Shown in pieces: positions 48,918-60,500 of a stretch of 64,000 nt of DNA. Numbering within the stretch: position 1 is the stretch's first letter; the number at the start of each line of letters is the position of its first letter. Source of the stretch: an uncultured Pirellulaceae bacterium (GTDB lineage Bacteria > Planctomycetota > Planctomycetia > Pirellulales > Pirellulaceae); contig CAZPTT010000009.1 of assembly GCA_964589435.1 (NCBI GenBank), positions 2,457 through 66,456 of the forward strand. The letters are read 5' to 3'. The position numbers and the translations under genes are program-made. Below the pieces are notes generated by a model. That model did not search any database, had not been told where the DNA came from, and was given only the letters and a program-made list of their open reading frames with translations.

Positions 48918-49772
48918 CTAGTCCATTCGTCGGCTATAGAAACGAGGAATGAACGCCGTGAACAAATAGACAACCACGGTTGCCAAAAAGCACAACAGCA
49001 CAGTCAAACCAAGAATCGCAAACAACGGTCCCGCAGCACCGACGAACGCACCGATAATTCTTGTTGGTTCAACTCCTGAAGCGGCCAACAACAGCGTGGT
49101 ACCCAGCAAGATTCCTCCAACCAAAAACACTCCGCGCGATGCGCCGTTATAGTCGCTACGACTGGGAGCCATGTGACTTCCGACGCACAGCACCAGATAC
49201 AGAAAAATCCAAAACCTTGGCGTGAATAGATTTTGCCATGCGAGAATCTCGGATCCGATTTGCCAAGCCACCGCCGAAGTCTGATCAATGATTCCGCCCG
49301 CCCCCTCCGTCGATTGTGTGACCTCGACGGCTGCATTGGCTGCCGATGGATAAAACACCCAAAACAAAATGGTCAGTGCGACTGAACCGCCCATCAAGGG
49401 AGCAATGCCAATAAAGAGGTTTCCAATTTCCTCGAACCAGTTGCCTGCCTTCCAAGAGTGTCTCACATACCCCAACCGTCCCGACTCCCGATCCGGCTGG
49501 AACAAGGCAACTTCATCAACACGGTGACGAAACAAGTGACACATCGCGACGTGGCTGAGTTCATGGATCGGAGTCCCCAACCAACCGGTCCACAACACGC
49601 TGCCCCAACCAAACCGCTCGGCCAATCGCTGCTGGGTGACGCGCTCGAACCAATGGATGATCAATGCAAACGCAACGAATGGAGCGAGAAACATTGCGAT
49701 CATCGTCAGCGCATCGCCCAACATCGAGGTGAATCCATTTGCAAAAATAAGTGTTTGAAACCTCAAAAACAT
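48918..49772 (-). CDS. Membrane protein with HExxH, M50-like metalloprotease
   Basis: GTPIHELSHVAMC, IGIAP and HMAPSRSD, plus several TM segments. Confidence 0.65.
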   Translation of the reverse strand: MFLRFQTLIFANGFTSMLGDALTMIAMFLAPFVAFALIIHWFERVTQQRLAERFGWGSVLWTGWLGTPIHELSHVAMCHLFRHRVDEVALFQPDRESGRLGYVRHSWKAGNWFEEIGNLFIGIAPLMGGSVALTILFWVFYPSAANAAVEVTQSTEGAGGIIDQTSAVAWQIGSEILAWQNLFTPRFWIFLYLVLCVGSHMAPSRSDYNGASRGVFLVGGILLGTTLLLAASGVEPTRIIGAFVGAAGPLFAILGLTVLLCFLATVVVYLFTAFIPRFYSRRMD

Positions 49773-50166
49773 TCCCTTGTGTGATGCGCTATTTATGTGA
49801 TGCGCCAGACGACCATCCGCAGGACCGACGACGGCCTAAAAACGACTCCGATTATCTTTCTATCCTTAGCAACGAAACCTGCTTTCAGACTGTCTCCCTA
49901 CCCGTTGCGGCGCCGCAGCGCCTGTTCGATCAAGTACCAATTTGTTAGTGTTAGCGACCTGTAGCAAATTGCCAATAGTGATTGCCCCAGTGATCACCCG
50001 AGTGATTGGAACACGCAAACTTCCATTGTGTCGAAAACAAGTTCGTCGCAGGCAAAGCGCTGATTAAATACTTCTAAGAATCATCGGTTCAACCAAAGCT
50101 GTTCGGTTGTTCGTCGATTTACCGGTGTTATTGCAACCTTTCTAGATTTTCCGATATTAGCCGAAC

Positions 50167-50604
50167 ATGAACAAGCAACCTCGCGTCCAAGTCAAACGAA
50201 GTGAACTCAAGCCGGGCGAAGTCCTCTGCGACCATTGCTCAGCAAAATGCTGTCGGTACTTTTCATTGCCAATCGACAAACCAGAAACGCTCGATGAATT
50301 CGACTACCTACGTTGGTACTTGCTTCATGATCGCGCCACCATATTTACCGAAGACGATAGCTGGTACTTGTTGGTACATACAACTTGCAAACATCTGCAA
50401 TCGGATAACCGCTGTGGCATCTATGAATCGCGACCCAATATATGCCGCGAATACACCACCGAACAATGCGAATATGAAGACGATTACACGTTTGATCGGT
50501 ATTTCGAAATGCCAGAACAAATCGCCGAGTATGCCAACGCCAGGTTCAGTAACCCATACACGTTTCGAACACCCAAACCAGTCGGCTTGCCGATTATTCA
50601 TTGA
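50167..50604 (+). CDS. YkgJ family Cys-cluster (Zn/Fe-chelating) protein
   Basis: CDHCSAKCC, CKHL...CGIYESRP.ICREY. Confidence 0.88.
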   Translation: MNKQPRVQVKRSELKPGEVLCDHCSAKCCRYFSLPIDKPETLDEFDYLRWYLLHDRATIFTEDDSWYLLVHTTCKHLQSDNRCGIYESRPNICREYTTEQCEYEDDYTFDRYFEMPEQIAEYANARFSNPYTFRTPKPVGLPIIH

Positions 50605-50686
50605 GCCTCTTGCACTCACTGAATCTTGGGAACCGATGTCAAATTTACGCTGATCCATTTTGAATTAATCCCGCAGCAGTCCGCCC

Positions 50687-52021
50687 ATGTCAAATCAACT
50701 CATTACCCCTCGAACGCTCAGTGGCTTTCGCGACTTTCTTCCTGAGTCGATGATTCCGCGCGAACGATTGATGGAGACCGCTCGCAACGTCTATCGAAGC
50801 TATGGGTTTGTGCCCATCGATACACCGACACTCGAATATGCGGAAATCCTCTGCGGCAAAGGCAGTGAAGAAACAGATCGGCAGATGTATCGCTTCATGC
50901 ACGGCAAGCGAGATGTTGCCATGCGATTCGACTTGACGGTTCCACTGGCTCGATTTGTCGCCCAACACGCCAACGAACTTGGCCTGCCATTTAAGCGTTA
51001 CCACATTGGCACCGTTTGGCGAGGAGAAAGACCACAGGCAGGTCGCTATCGTGAATTTGCGCAATGCGATTTTGATACAATCGGCACGACTTCGATCGCC
51101 AGCGATATCGAAACCGCCATGGTGATCTTTGATTTGATGAAAGCCATCGGGTTCGAGAAGTTTTCGATTCGCATGAACAATCGCAAGGTACTCAATGGAC
51201 TGTTAGAAAAATTCGGCCTGCTAGAGTCCAGCGTCGCCGTGCTTCGCACACTCGACAAACTTCCCAAAATTGGACGAGACAAAGTTAAAGACGAAATGCT
51301 TGAGGTGACTCCGGCAACCGAAGAGCAAGTCAACAACATTTTGCAATTGGCGGAAATTTCCGGAACCAACGAGGAGATCCTCAAGCAACTGGAAAAGCTG
51401 TGCGCTGGCAACGAACTTGCCGAATTGGGCCACGCTCAGATTAGTGAAATCATTGCTGCGACATCAGCCGTTGGCATTGGACAGGAGCACTTGCAGATCG
51501 ACGTTTCAATCGCGCGCGGCTTGGATTACTACACGGGCTCCATTTTCGAAACGTTTCTCGGCGACCTGCCAACAATCGGAAGCGTTTGCTCTGGCGGACG
51601 CTACGACAATTTGGCTCAACTGTATACCAAACAAGAGTTGCCAGGGATCGGAGCTTCATTAGGGCTGGATCGTTTGTTGGCCGCTATGCAGTCGCTGAAC
51701 ATGATTCCAGAATCCAAAACGACAGCCGATGTTTTGATTGTGCAATTCGATAAAACTCGACTGTCCGACTACATCAGCATGGCGGCGACTCTGCGGCAAT
51801 CCGGCCTAAAAGTCGAAGTGTATCCTGATGCGAAAAAGCTCAATCAACAATTCAAGTACGCTGATCGACGCGGCTTTCAGGCGACCATCATCGCCGGCGC
51901 CGACGAACTGGCGGCCGGAGTCGTGCAAGTCAAATGGATGGAGTCCGGTGAACAATCAGAAATTCCTTGGTCAGATGACGGGGGCGAAGTTGTCGAATAT
52001 CTGAACGAACGTTTGAGTTGA
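50687..52021 (+). CDS. hisS: Histidine-tRNA ligase
   Basis: GFRDFLP, RFDLTVP, WRGERPQAGRYREF.QCDFD, RGLDYYTG, GGRYD and S.GLDR. Confidence 0.98.
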   Translation: MSNQLITPRTLSGFRDFLPESMIPRERLMETARNVYRSYGFVPIDTPTLEYAEILCGKGSEETDRQMYRFMHGKRDVAMRFDLTVPLARFVAQHANELGLPFKRYHIGTVWRGERPQAGRYREFAQCDFDTIGTTSIASDIETAMVIFDLMKAIGFEKFSIRMNNRKVLNGLLEKFGLLESSVAVLRTLDKLPKIGRDKVKDEMLEVTPATEEQVNNILQLAEISGTNEEILKQLEKLCAGNELAELGHAQISEIIAATSAVGIGQEHLQIDVSIARGLDYYTGSIFETFLGDLPTIGSVCSGGRYDNLAQLYTKQELPGIGASLGLDRLLAAMQSLNMIPESKTTADVLIVQFDKTRLSDYISMAATLRQSGLKVEVYPDAKKLNQQFKYADRRGFQATIIAGADELAAGVVQVKWMESGEQSEIPWSDDGGEVVEYLNERLS

Positions 52022-52230
52022 CTCCTCCCATTTCCAACGGATGAATTGCACGACCCCAACAATCCGACGTTTGCAGCATCACGAGACTCTGGCACCGCCG
52101 AATCACAGGACATTTTTCAATTGAATCAGGTGCCAATTGGGTTCAGATGAATTAAACTGGAAGTCCCCCTACAAGACAAAAACTGGGGCTTCAGAAATTT
52201 GAATGGGCTGTATCAAAAGATCGACAACCG

Positions 52231-52470
52231 ATGTATCCACAGACTGAATACAATTTAGCTTATGCATTAGTAGCTGCTTTCGTCGTGCTGGGAATGCTTG
52301 TCGTTTGCATTCCGCGACCGCGCAAATCGGCGATCCTGTCGCCGGAACAGATTGCCAAAGAAAAGCAACTGAAAGCTCGTGCGAAAATGAAGGCTAAAGC
52401 GCAGAAGGATTCAGACAAAGCGAAAAAGAAAAAGCAGAAAGCACGGGCGAAGAAAAGAAAATCGTCTTAG
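52231..52470 (+). CDS. Small membrane protein with Lys-rich tail
   Basis: TM (LAYALVAAFVVLGMLVVCIPRPR), then a K/A-rich tail. Confidence 0.7.
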   Translation: MYPQTEYNLAYALVAAFVVLGMLVVCIPRPRKSAILSPEQIAKEKQLKARAKMKAKAQKDSDKAKKKKQKARAKKRKSS

Positions 52471-52519
52471 GCTTTGATTCGATTTTTCATGAGCGGTAGA
52501 GTTCGTTTGCAGGAACACG

Positions 52520-52762
52520 CTAAGGTTTGCTTACGCCACGTGGCTCGCGAAACAAGAGTGCGATCAGCCACACTCCGAGAAACGCTCCCATCGTTCCGAG
52601 CACGATCAATGGCTTGCGAACGTCAAACTCATCGGCACGGACAATGGCCCCCAAGGCAATGATTGCGCTCCAAACGACCAACAATCCGATGATCGTCCAA
52701 ATGACTTTCCGGTTCGGCAACGGTTGAATTTCTCTTTTAGTTGTCACCGGTTCGTTTTCCAT
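52520..52762 (-). CDS. Small two-TM membrane protein
   Basis: VIWTIIGLLVVWSAIIALGA and PLIVLGTMGAFLGVWLIALL. Confidence 0.6.
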   Translation of the reverse strand: MENEPVTTKREIQPLPNRKVIWTIIGLLVVWSAIIALGAIVRADEFDVRKPLIVLGTMGAFLGVWLIALLFREPRGVSKP

Positions 52763-53006
52763 TTTCCGTTTTCCGTTTCGACTAGTGCAACGAATCAAAG
52801 ATTAGGCCAGTTGCACTGTTTCGAAACAATCTGGCTCGCCTTACTCATCTGGGCGGTCGCCACGGCTGTTCAAATCAGCGACAATAAGACCACGGCCAAT
52901 GAGGAACCGCAACCGAGAACAATGATTGACAACTTTGTTTGAACGTTGACTTTCAAGAATTGCACGACTCGCTCACGCATCAATCCCACAACGATATCCG
53001 ACCATT

Positions 53007-53279
53007 ATGTTTGGAAGAAAACCAACAGCGAGCCCCGAAAGAATCGGCTGCGGATTTATGCTTATGACCAGCGTCGCCGTGATTGCGTTGCTAATCGCCA
53101 ACGGTTTGTTTGTCCGGTTTTTCTTCGGCTCGAATCTCGCCGACGTCAACGACAACCTGTTCCAAGCGGCTCAATTCGTGTTGCCAATTGTGATGATTTT
53201 CATTGAGTTTTGGTTTTACGACTGGTTTACTTTCAGACGACATGCGAAACAGCGAGACGCTGAATCCAATCAGAATTGA
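53007..53279 (+). CDS. Small two-TM membrane protein
   Basis: ATG start and two hydrophobic segments. Confidence 0.6.
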   Translation: MFGRKPTASPERIGCGFMLMTSVAVIALLIANGLFVRFFFGSNLADVNDNLFQAAQFVLPIVMIFIEFWFYDWFTFRRHAKQRDAESNQN

Positions 53280-53506
53280 TTGGGTGAAACTAGCGTCGAA
53301 CTATTGTTTTGAAATTCTAATCTAGTGGTTCAATGCTTGTCTTTTCTCCACCTGGACGGCGGTCGAACAACTGCCAACCGCTCATGAACACTAATCCACG
53401 ATAATCAAAACCCCAAAGGCTGGTAATGCGCCGAAGATTGCGTGGCACTTAACCGTCCGTTACCGCAAAAAAACACACACCAAAGCAAACAGCGGCTCAA
53501 CGAAGA

Positions 53507-55210
53507 TTACTTACCCCGCTTGTCTTCGACAGACGCTTCTCGTTTAGAAGGTGCCTTTTTGACTTCGACCAATGAAGACCCCAATCCATAGGTTGCTTCG
53601 GAATCAAGCATACAACGAACCGCACATCGGCCACCGACGTCTCTCGGCACATCAAGCTGAATTTCAAATGGGCCTTGTGCAACGAAGATCTTTTTCGTCG
53701 AACAAGTCAATTGCTGGGACTGCTCGTAAATTTCTTGATAGTCACGAAAGGCTTGATCGGAAGACTCGTAGCGTCTTCGATGCGGCGGCCTGGTTTTGAA
53801 TCGATCGCGGCGGTAAACAAGCTCAACCGTCATTTCGCCGGATTCCGGTGCGACTCCCGTCACATTCATCGGCCGCCCCGCCTCCACGATCTGCTCGGCT
53901 TTAACTTTAATTTTCTGCGGTCGGCTCAGCCGCAACAGTGGATCGCCCAACAGGTGAATTAACTGAACATGCTCGAGACATTCTTCTTTCAAGAGTTTTG
54001 GACGAGGACTAAACATTTTTCCCATCACGTCAATCATTTGTCGATACTGGCTGGCATTGCTTGTTTGCTCAGCCACCATGCGTTGCTTGGCAATCATCGT
54101 TAACTCACCAAGCGTGCCGCAATCGCCATCGAAAAACTCGTTGACCATTTCAAGCGACAACAAACTCATCGCATAAGGCATGGTCACACGGGTTCCGCAA
54201 ATGGTTGCAATCGGACCACGAGGCTGCTTCAACATCGCCTCTGCGAGACAATCTGTTTCGTGGTCAACCGCGCCCGTATAACAAGACAGGAAAAGGGCAA
54301 TTGGACTGCCATTTTCACAGTGCAATTGTTCAGCCGTTTGCTTGTCTAGAATTGGGTGGCTTTGGTCGGGCAAGACAACTCGATCGAGTTGTTGGGGGCT
54401 GCCGTGGCCAATGTAAACCCAAAACATGCAGCCTTCATTGAACTTGCCAATGGCAGTTTCGGAAAACCGACGAGGGTCGGGACAATAGGGGCTTCGCCAG
54501 CTACCGAAAGTCATCGAGGTTCGGTAGCGTTCTGGAACCAGGTCTGTGATGATCTGTTTGGTCGTATTCTCAATCACGCTATCGACCGTGCTACCGAATC
54601 CACCCACTCCAGCGACGATATTTATGTTGCGACGCCACTGCTGATTGGAGTTTGCGGCGAAGGCCTGGGAGCGACCCGATTCTTCATACTCGATTACTCG
54701 ATCTGTAAAATCTCGTAGCTCCTGAGCTGAATCGATAGGAAGTCGTCCGATCGCCAAATCTGGCACACCGTCCTCATCGATATCAGCAAATGTACTATCG
54801 GTCGCGATTTCTGGTTCCGAACCGAACAGGACGGTAACTTTGGAATCGACATAGTCCATTGGCACCAGCAATGGTTTGACGGGCAACTTCTCTCCAGGAT
54901 CACCAATCAAGAAGACGAACTTTAGTTGCCCGGAAGCCGCTTCCTTCCGAATCTCCTTTTTGATTTGGTCAGTCGAAACGCGCGGTGCGACAACCCGGAC
55001 AACATGCCCTTGCTTACTTCGGTAATCAACCCAGGGCTGTAAAGCATCTTGAAATTTGGCCGGACAGACAACGAGAGTGTCACACTTATCCTGGGCCTGA
55101 GCTTGCTGCGGCTTTGCGGTAGCGACAAATACCAGTGTCGCCACAACGACGATTCGAAGGCAAGCGTGCGCGAAGGCACGATTTAAAATTTCTGCTCGCG
55201 ATTTCGACAT
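53507..55210 (-). CDS. C25 (gingipain-like) cysteine peptidase, exported
   Basis: FVFLIGD, ATDSTFAD.D.DG.PDLAIGRLP, YIGHG (His) and LSCYTG (Cys). Start uncertain (55210 or upstream). Confidence 0.85.
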   Translation of the reverse strand: MSKSRAEILNRAFAHACLRIVVVATLVFVATAKPQQAQAQDKCDTLVVCPAKFQDALQPWVDYRSKQGHVVRVVAPRVSTDQIKKEIRKEAASGQLKFVFLIGDPGEKLPVKPLLVPMDYVDSKVTVLFGSEPEIATDSTFADIDEDGVPDLAIGRLPIDSAQELRDFTDRVIEYEESGRSQAFAANSNQQWRRNINIVAGVGGFGSTVDSVIENTTKQIITDLVPERYRTSMTFGSWRSPYCPDPRRFSETAIGKFNEGCMFWVYIGHGSPQQLDRVVLPDQSHPILDKQTAEQLHCENGSPIALFLSCYTGAVDHETDCLAEAMLKQPRGPIATICGTRVTMPYAMSLLSLEMVNEFFDGDCGTLGELTMIAKQRMVAEQTSNASQYRQMIDVMGKMFSPRPKLLKEECLEHVQLIHLLGDPLLRLSRPQKIKVKAEQIVEAGRPMNVTGVAPESGEMTVELVYRRDRFKTRPPHRRRYESSDQAFRDYQEIYEQSQQLTCSTKKIFVAQGPFEIQLDVPRDVGGRCAVRCMLDSEATYGLGSSLVEVKKAPSKREASVEDKRGK

Positions 55211-55524
55211 GGTCTTCCTTGGTGAAGGCACAAAATGAGCGTCAGTACCGCTTTCGTGATCCGACTCCAGTAGTTTGGAAGAATCATCGCAGAGTAGCAA
55301 GAGAAATAAGGCGTAAGAACATGAAGAAAACCCGGCAAACCGAGCAAATCGAATTTCCCTCAACCAACACGACCTTGATTTCCCAATTCTTATCTCACTT
55401 TACCCATCATGATGGCCACGTCTTAGGTGTCTCGCAAATTGACTTAAAAAACACCGGTAGCACAAACCAAAGTTGGAAATCGTTTCCGTCCAGAATAATT
55501 CAATAGCCGGATAAACGAAGTGAC

Positions 55525-56631
55525 CTACCAATCATAAACACTGAGAGCACTATGCACCTCACCGCCGTTGATTGAGCCGAGAGCTCCCCAAACACCGTAG
55601 GGGCTGGCGACTGATCCGGCGGACATCTGCTGATCATTAAGAACTGACTGGGTTGGATCACCAGCGTCAATTTTGTCGTCGATCGTATGAGTCGAACCGT
55701 CCATCAATGCAACATGAATGACTCCCGCATGATTACTACCGGCTGAGTAGATCCCATCGCCTGATTGCTGCTCACCCACCGAACAACTTGGACTGTTGGG
55801 TGGCAACACAGTGTTCACGATTCCACTTCCTGCGGCACCATCAGCCCAACTACCGCCTCGACCAGGCGTTCCGAGGGCTAAATCAGAGCGAAGCTTCCTC
55901 TGAATGCCTTGAGAATTCTCGACGAGCTTGAAGCACTCACTTGGGTCATCTAGAACGCTCGACGATTGGTTGATTGCATACTGGGCGATTACAGCCCGAT
56001 CAGAAGACGTGCCGATCTCAGCAATCCCAATCGAATTGCTCGTACCATCTGAAAAGTCAGTAATCCGAGTCTTCGTTCGACAACTAAACGCACCTCGCAC
56101 TTGTGAGGAACCATGAATATTTCTGGCCATGTCACCGACGCAGAACGCATAGTTCGTCCGCCCAAATGGCCCCGGCGTTTCATTGGCTGAAGGGCACTGA
56201 AACATTTCAATATTGGTTTGCCAAGGAAGATAGGTATCGTCCAATGGCGACGGCCCGGCCAGAAAGTCAACGCCCTCGAATGTTGACGGATTCGAAACGG
56301 TCTCCCACAGCTCGCCTTGCTCCATCAGTGGGAGCAAAGTCACCCAGCCACTCAACCGCTGGGAACTGTTTTCAAGGCCTTCCATTGACCCCATGGCCGT
56401 CGGGAAACTCATGTGGCTCGATTCATGATTGAGTGACGCGAGCGCAAGCTGTCGCATATTGTAATGACACATGCTGCGGCGCGACCCTTCTCTGGAAACT
56501 CGCTGCGCCGGCATCAACATTCCGAGCAAAATCCCAATGATCACAATCACTATGAATAGCTCGAGTAGCGTGAAACCACCTCGTTGACTTTTTCGTAAGC
56601 GTTGCGTCCGGCGGTTCAATTCTTGCAACAT
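55525..56631 (-). CDS. DUF1559 family prepilin-type protein
   Basis: GFTLLELFIVIVIIGILLGML.P, DGTSN and H-X9-DG (HAGVIHVALMDG). Confidence 0.9.
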   Translation of the reverse strand: MLQELNRRTQRLRKSQRGGFTLLELFIVIVIIGILLGMLMPAQRVSREGSRRSMCHYNMRQLALASLNHESSHMSFPTAMGSMEGLENSSQRLSGWVTLLPLMEQGELWETVSNPSTFEGVDFLAGPSPLDDTYLPWQTNIEMFQCPSANETPGPFGRTNYAFCVGDMARNIHGSSQVRGAFSCRTKTRITDFSDGTSNSIGIAEIGTSSDRAVIAQYAINQSSSVLDDPSECFKLVENSQGIQRKLRSDLALGTPGRGGSWADGAAGSGIVNTVLPPNSPSCSVGEQQSGDGIYSAGSNHAGVIHVALMDGSTHTIDDKIDAGDPTQSVLNDQQMSAGSVASPYGVWGALGSINGGEVHSALSVYDW

Positions 56632-56649
56632 TGCAACTCCTTGGTTAAT

Positions 56650-56685
56650 CAATTTGAAACCATCGACCAATTTGAAACCATCGAC
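56650..56685. repeat. Perfect 18-bp tandem duplication
   Basis: CAATTTGAAACCATCGAC twice, abutting the stop codon of the DUF2306 gene. Confidence 0.9.
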
Positions 56686-57369
56686 TCAATGTGACCGAGC
56701 TGATTTTACCACGTTTGAATTCGAACGCTCGCGAAATCGCCAAGACCATTCGTAAACGATCAACGGAATCAGCCAGCTTAGCCACGCATTCAAACGGTAA
56801 GTCATTGGAGACTCAACGTTTGTCACGATGGTCACGCCTGAAATCACTCGAAACAAAAGAGGCGAGCAAAGCAAAATAAAACTGCGCGTCGCCCACCGCT
56901 GATGAATCTTAAATTGCCGACTGCGAGCCCGGCGGATCGCCATCACCATGGAAATCGCCGTCAGTATCGCGACGGATGCAAATCCCCATCCCGCAATTGG
57001 TCCGGCCACAGAGCGAGTCGCCATCAACAAGCCACTGGGCAACACAGCGACCAATACGATGACGCCTTGAACCCGCCCCAACCAACGATGCTGCTTGCGA
57101 AAACGAGCCACTCGGCCACTGAGCATCAAAACGAACCCAATTACGATTGCGATCGGCCCGCCAACAATATGAACGTAAAAGGCAGTGCTGTAGCTACCAA
57201 AAAAGTAGCTTTTTCGGCCGATCAGAAAGTTCGCTTCAAAATTTGGTGGAAAGTAAAAACGAAACTCGTAGATGATCGACAACAGGATTTTCAAACACAA
57301 CACGAAAAGCAAAAAACGAGCTAACGACTTTAGTTTCTCAGTTCGATTCCTCGCAGCCGCAAACTCCAT
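56686..57369 (-). CDS. DUF2306 family membrane protein
   Basis: FYVHIVGGP, HRWLGR, H..W..RSF motifs and about 6 TM segments. Confidence 0.85.
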   Translation of the reverse strand: MEFAAARNRTEKLKSLARFLLFVLCLKILLSIIYEFRFYFPPNFEANFLIGRKSYFFGSYSTAFYVHIVGGPIAIVIGFVLMLSGRVARFRKQHRWLGRVQGVIVLVAVLPSGLLMATRSVAGPIAGWGFASVAILTAISMVMAIRRARSRQFKIHQRWATRSFILLCSPLLFRVISGVTIVTNVESPMTYRLNAWLSWLIPLIVYEWSWRFRERSNSNVVKSARSH

Positions 57370-57539
57370 ACGACTCTCCGATCTTTGTTTCTACTTCGGC
57401 AAGCCGGCATTGGGGCGAAAGAATAACGTCGTGAAAGATGAGCATCGTGACGAAACTACTTCAGGCATTCAGCTCGAAAACTTTTCTAACCTCCGATTCC
57501 AACGCCTTCACTTTCCAACGCCTTCACTTCCCAACGCAC

Positions 57540-60500
57540 TCACTTTCCACCACCTTCACTTTTGCCGGCTTCATTTCCACCGCCTCCACTCCCGCCTTCA
57601 ACTTTCTTTTCCTCGCCGGCTGCTTTGGCATCGCTCTCTTGTTCGGGCTTGCCGCCTTCCTCCACCCCGCCTTTGCCCATCCCGTCTTTGCCCATCCCGT
57701 CTTTGCCCATCCCGTCTTTGTTTTCGTCTGGCGCGACTGGCTTGTCTGCGTCCGCGTCATCGGCATCCGCTTTTTCATCTGCAGCAGGCTCGGCGACAGG
57801 TTCAACAGGTATATCAAGATCTGGTTTTGAACCATCCTGAATTTCGAGAAACATATTGGCGGCCCAAAACGCCGGATGCTCGGCTTTTAAGGCCTCGTCA
57901 TTCTTCTTGGTGCGCAACCGAGGTTCATTTTCATAATTCAAAGCCAAACCTCGCGAAAGCTTAATACTCTCGCGAAGTGCCTTGCTGCCTCCCATCTTGG
58001 GTCGACGCGTTGAGTAATTCCTAGAGAGCGCCAAAGAGTTCGCGCCTCCCATCCGCCAACGGCTGATTAAGATTGACCGGGTTCCGGAGGCCATCAAACC
58101 CATCGTCGTCAAAAACAAATCCGATCCATTCAATTTGGCTCGCAGACTGGTACCGCCATCCGAATTGAAGCCCGGCATGACGAGGTGCTCCGGCCCTTCC
58201 CACGGCAGCGACATCCATGAACCAAGCGTCGTTCCAGTTTTACCTTGATCGATTTGCATCGGCATCATCGAGAAGGCACTGTCGCCGCGAGCCTGCCGAA
58301 CATCACTCCAAACAATCAACTGATCAATCACCGACCCCAATACATTCGAAGGAATCCGAACCCGCTCATACTTGACTGCGTTAGGCAATTCGGCCTCCAA
58401 CTTTTCGAAAGCTTTGGCCGACATTTCTGGTTCGACCCGCGAATGCATTTTCGCGACCACCACCGCAGTCCGTTCCAGTTTTCGCTGCTCCCGTTGCGCA
58501 CCGTAGGCCAAGAACAACGTGGGCGAATAGCGAATGTCGACGAGATCGCGCAAATTCTTTTGCTCCTCGTCTTCGCCAACTCGAAGCAATTCGAATGGCA
58601 GATACCACAGCAAACCATCCGGCACGATGACCAACTCTCGAACGTCTTTCCAAGCGTCCGCTGGAACGCTGCCGAAAATTTTGGCCGTCAACTTTGCCGA
58701 TTCAGCTTTCCACTCTTCCGACTTGAGATCGTCAATGTCCATGGCGGCTTCCATCAAGCCAAGCTTCTTCAAAAGGCCGCTGACGCCTCGCTGAACATCG
58801 CGTGGATTCCCCAAACCCAAATAGCTGACAGAGCTTGAATTGACAAAGAACAGGTGATAGCCGCTGTTGGTCGACAGGGTCACCAACGCCAGTTGATCTT
58901 CTTCGATTGTTTCTCGAAATTCTGAAATTTCAAACTGAGGCGGGAACACCAATTCCGCTGGTTCCCGGCGCAACGCAAAACTGGCCAACATTGCTTCCTG
59001 GATATCGGAAGCCTCACCAAGCTCTTTGCAGATTTTGGCTTGCTTACGTGCTTCATCACTGCCGGGTTCAATCTTTGCCGGCAACAACAACAGTTGATCT
59101 CTCATTTGATTGGCTTGATCCGAAAGCAACTTGTATTTCGGATTCTGTGCATAGAAGGCTTGACGTTGCTTGCGAGCCTTGGCTGACAGCGATTCTTCCG
59201 GGCCGTGCATCACCCATCGAAACGCCATTAAGCGTCCGCCCATCGGCAGGCTGGCGAAGAAACGATGACGTCGAACCATCTCAGCAATTCCGACAGCCCG
59301 AGCCATGTCTTTGCGGTCAACAACAATATCGAACCATCGTTCCATTGGGCCAACATGGTTCGATGCCAGGAACGCCGTTGCCTCAAACGGATCGACTCGC
59401 CAATCCATTTCCGTTGGATCGTGCAACAAAGTGCCGTACAGCAAATCGGCCTGACGAGAATTGATGGCTCCGTTGACGACCAATGTGTCAGCCAACCCTA
59501 AACGGTAAAGCCAGAGTGAGCCTTTTTGAAAACGCGCAAGAGCGTCCGAAAGGTTCTTCAATCCACCTGAAAAATCAGCTTTCAAAAACTGCACTAGCGC
59601 CGCGACGTACTTTAGTCTTGCGCTCACAACCGCATTCGCAAGCGTGGTTCGGTTGTTAATCGACGATCCAGTTTGCCGCAAAACTTTGGCCGCCAAATCC
59701 GGCTGGCCTGATTCAGCCAAACACTCCGCCATTCGAACTGTCAGCGACGCCTGCATCAACCTGGCCCTCTCTCGATTGGCCCAGACGATGGCGTTCTCCA
59801 AAGGTGGGTAGGGCGTCTTGCTGCGCATTAAGTGGATCGTCGAACCCAAACTTAACGACTCTTCGATCAGGTCATATTGAAAAAAAGTCGCCGCAGAAAT
59901 ACTGGCTTCCACCGCCAACGTGCCGGCAACCTCGTAGTTCTCAGTCACCAATCCGACGTTTGCCATCTCTAATAAGGCAACCGGCGTCAGCGGATGATCC
60001 ATCCCGCTGAACTGCAACGATCGCTTGAGGGTATTGGCGGCTTTGTCCCACTGCTCCAACGAGCTTTGGGCGATGCCCAACAACACCAAATTGTATGCGC
60101 CCAGCACAGAAGTAGTTCGCCGGTTAGCATCCAGCCCATTCACTAACCGCACCGTAAACGGATCATATTTTGAGGTTGGGCCTTTGATGACTCTTCTTCG
60201 ATGTAAGGCCAACGCGGTGCACCGCATGATCTCGGTAAGATTGATTTGCCTCATTTCGGGATTGTCAACAACGCCCCCTTCTTCAATAGCGCGAGCCGCG
60301 TCCAGTCGCCCGAACATCACTGAAAAGGTGTTCGGCACATTGGCCACCCGAGCGTTTCGATTTGATTTGGCCCACGTGATCCGGGCTTGATTGGTGGCGT
60401 TGGTGTCAGGCGAAATCGCAGGAGGAATCTGAACGCGGGCCTGCCATTGCTGGCCTTGAAAACTTAAATAGAGATCGAGCGACCGCTCATACATTTGAAT

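Noticed and set aside
4826-57720. Short tandem repeats as CRISPR arrays
   Set aside because: Units are 12-18 bp and adjacent, without unique spacers, and no cas genes are present.
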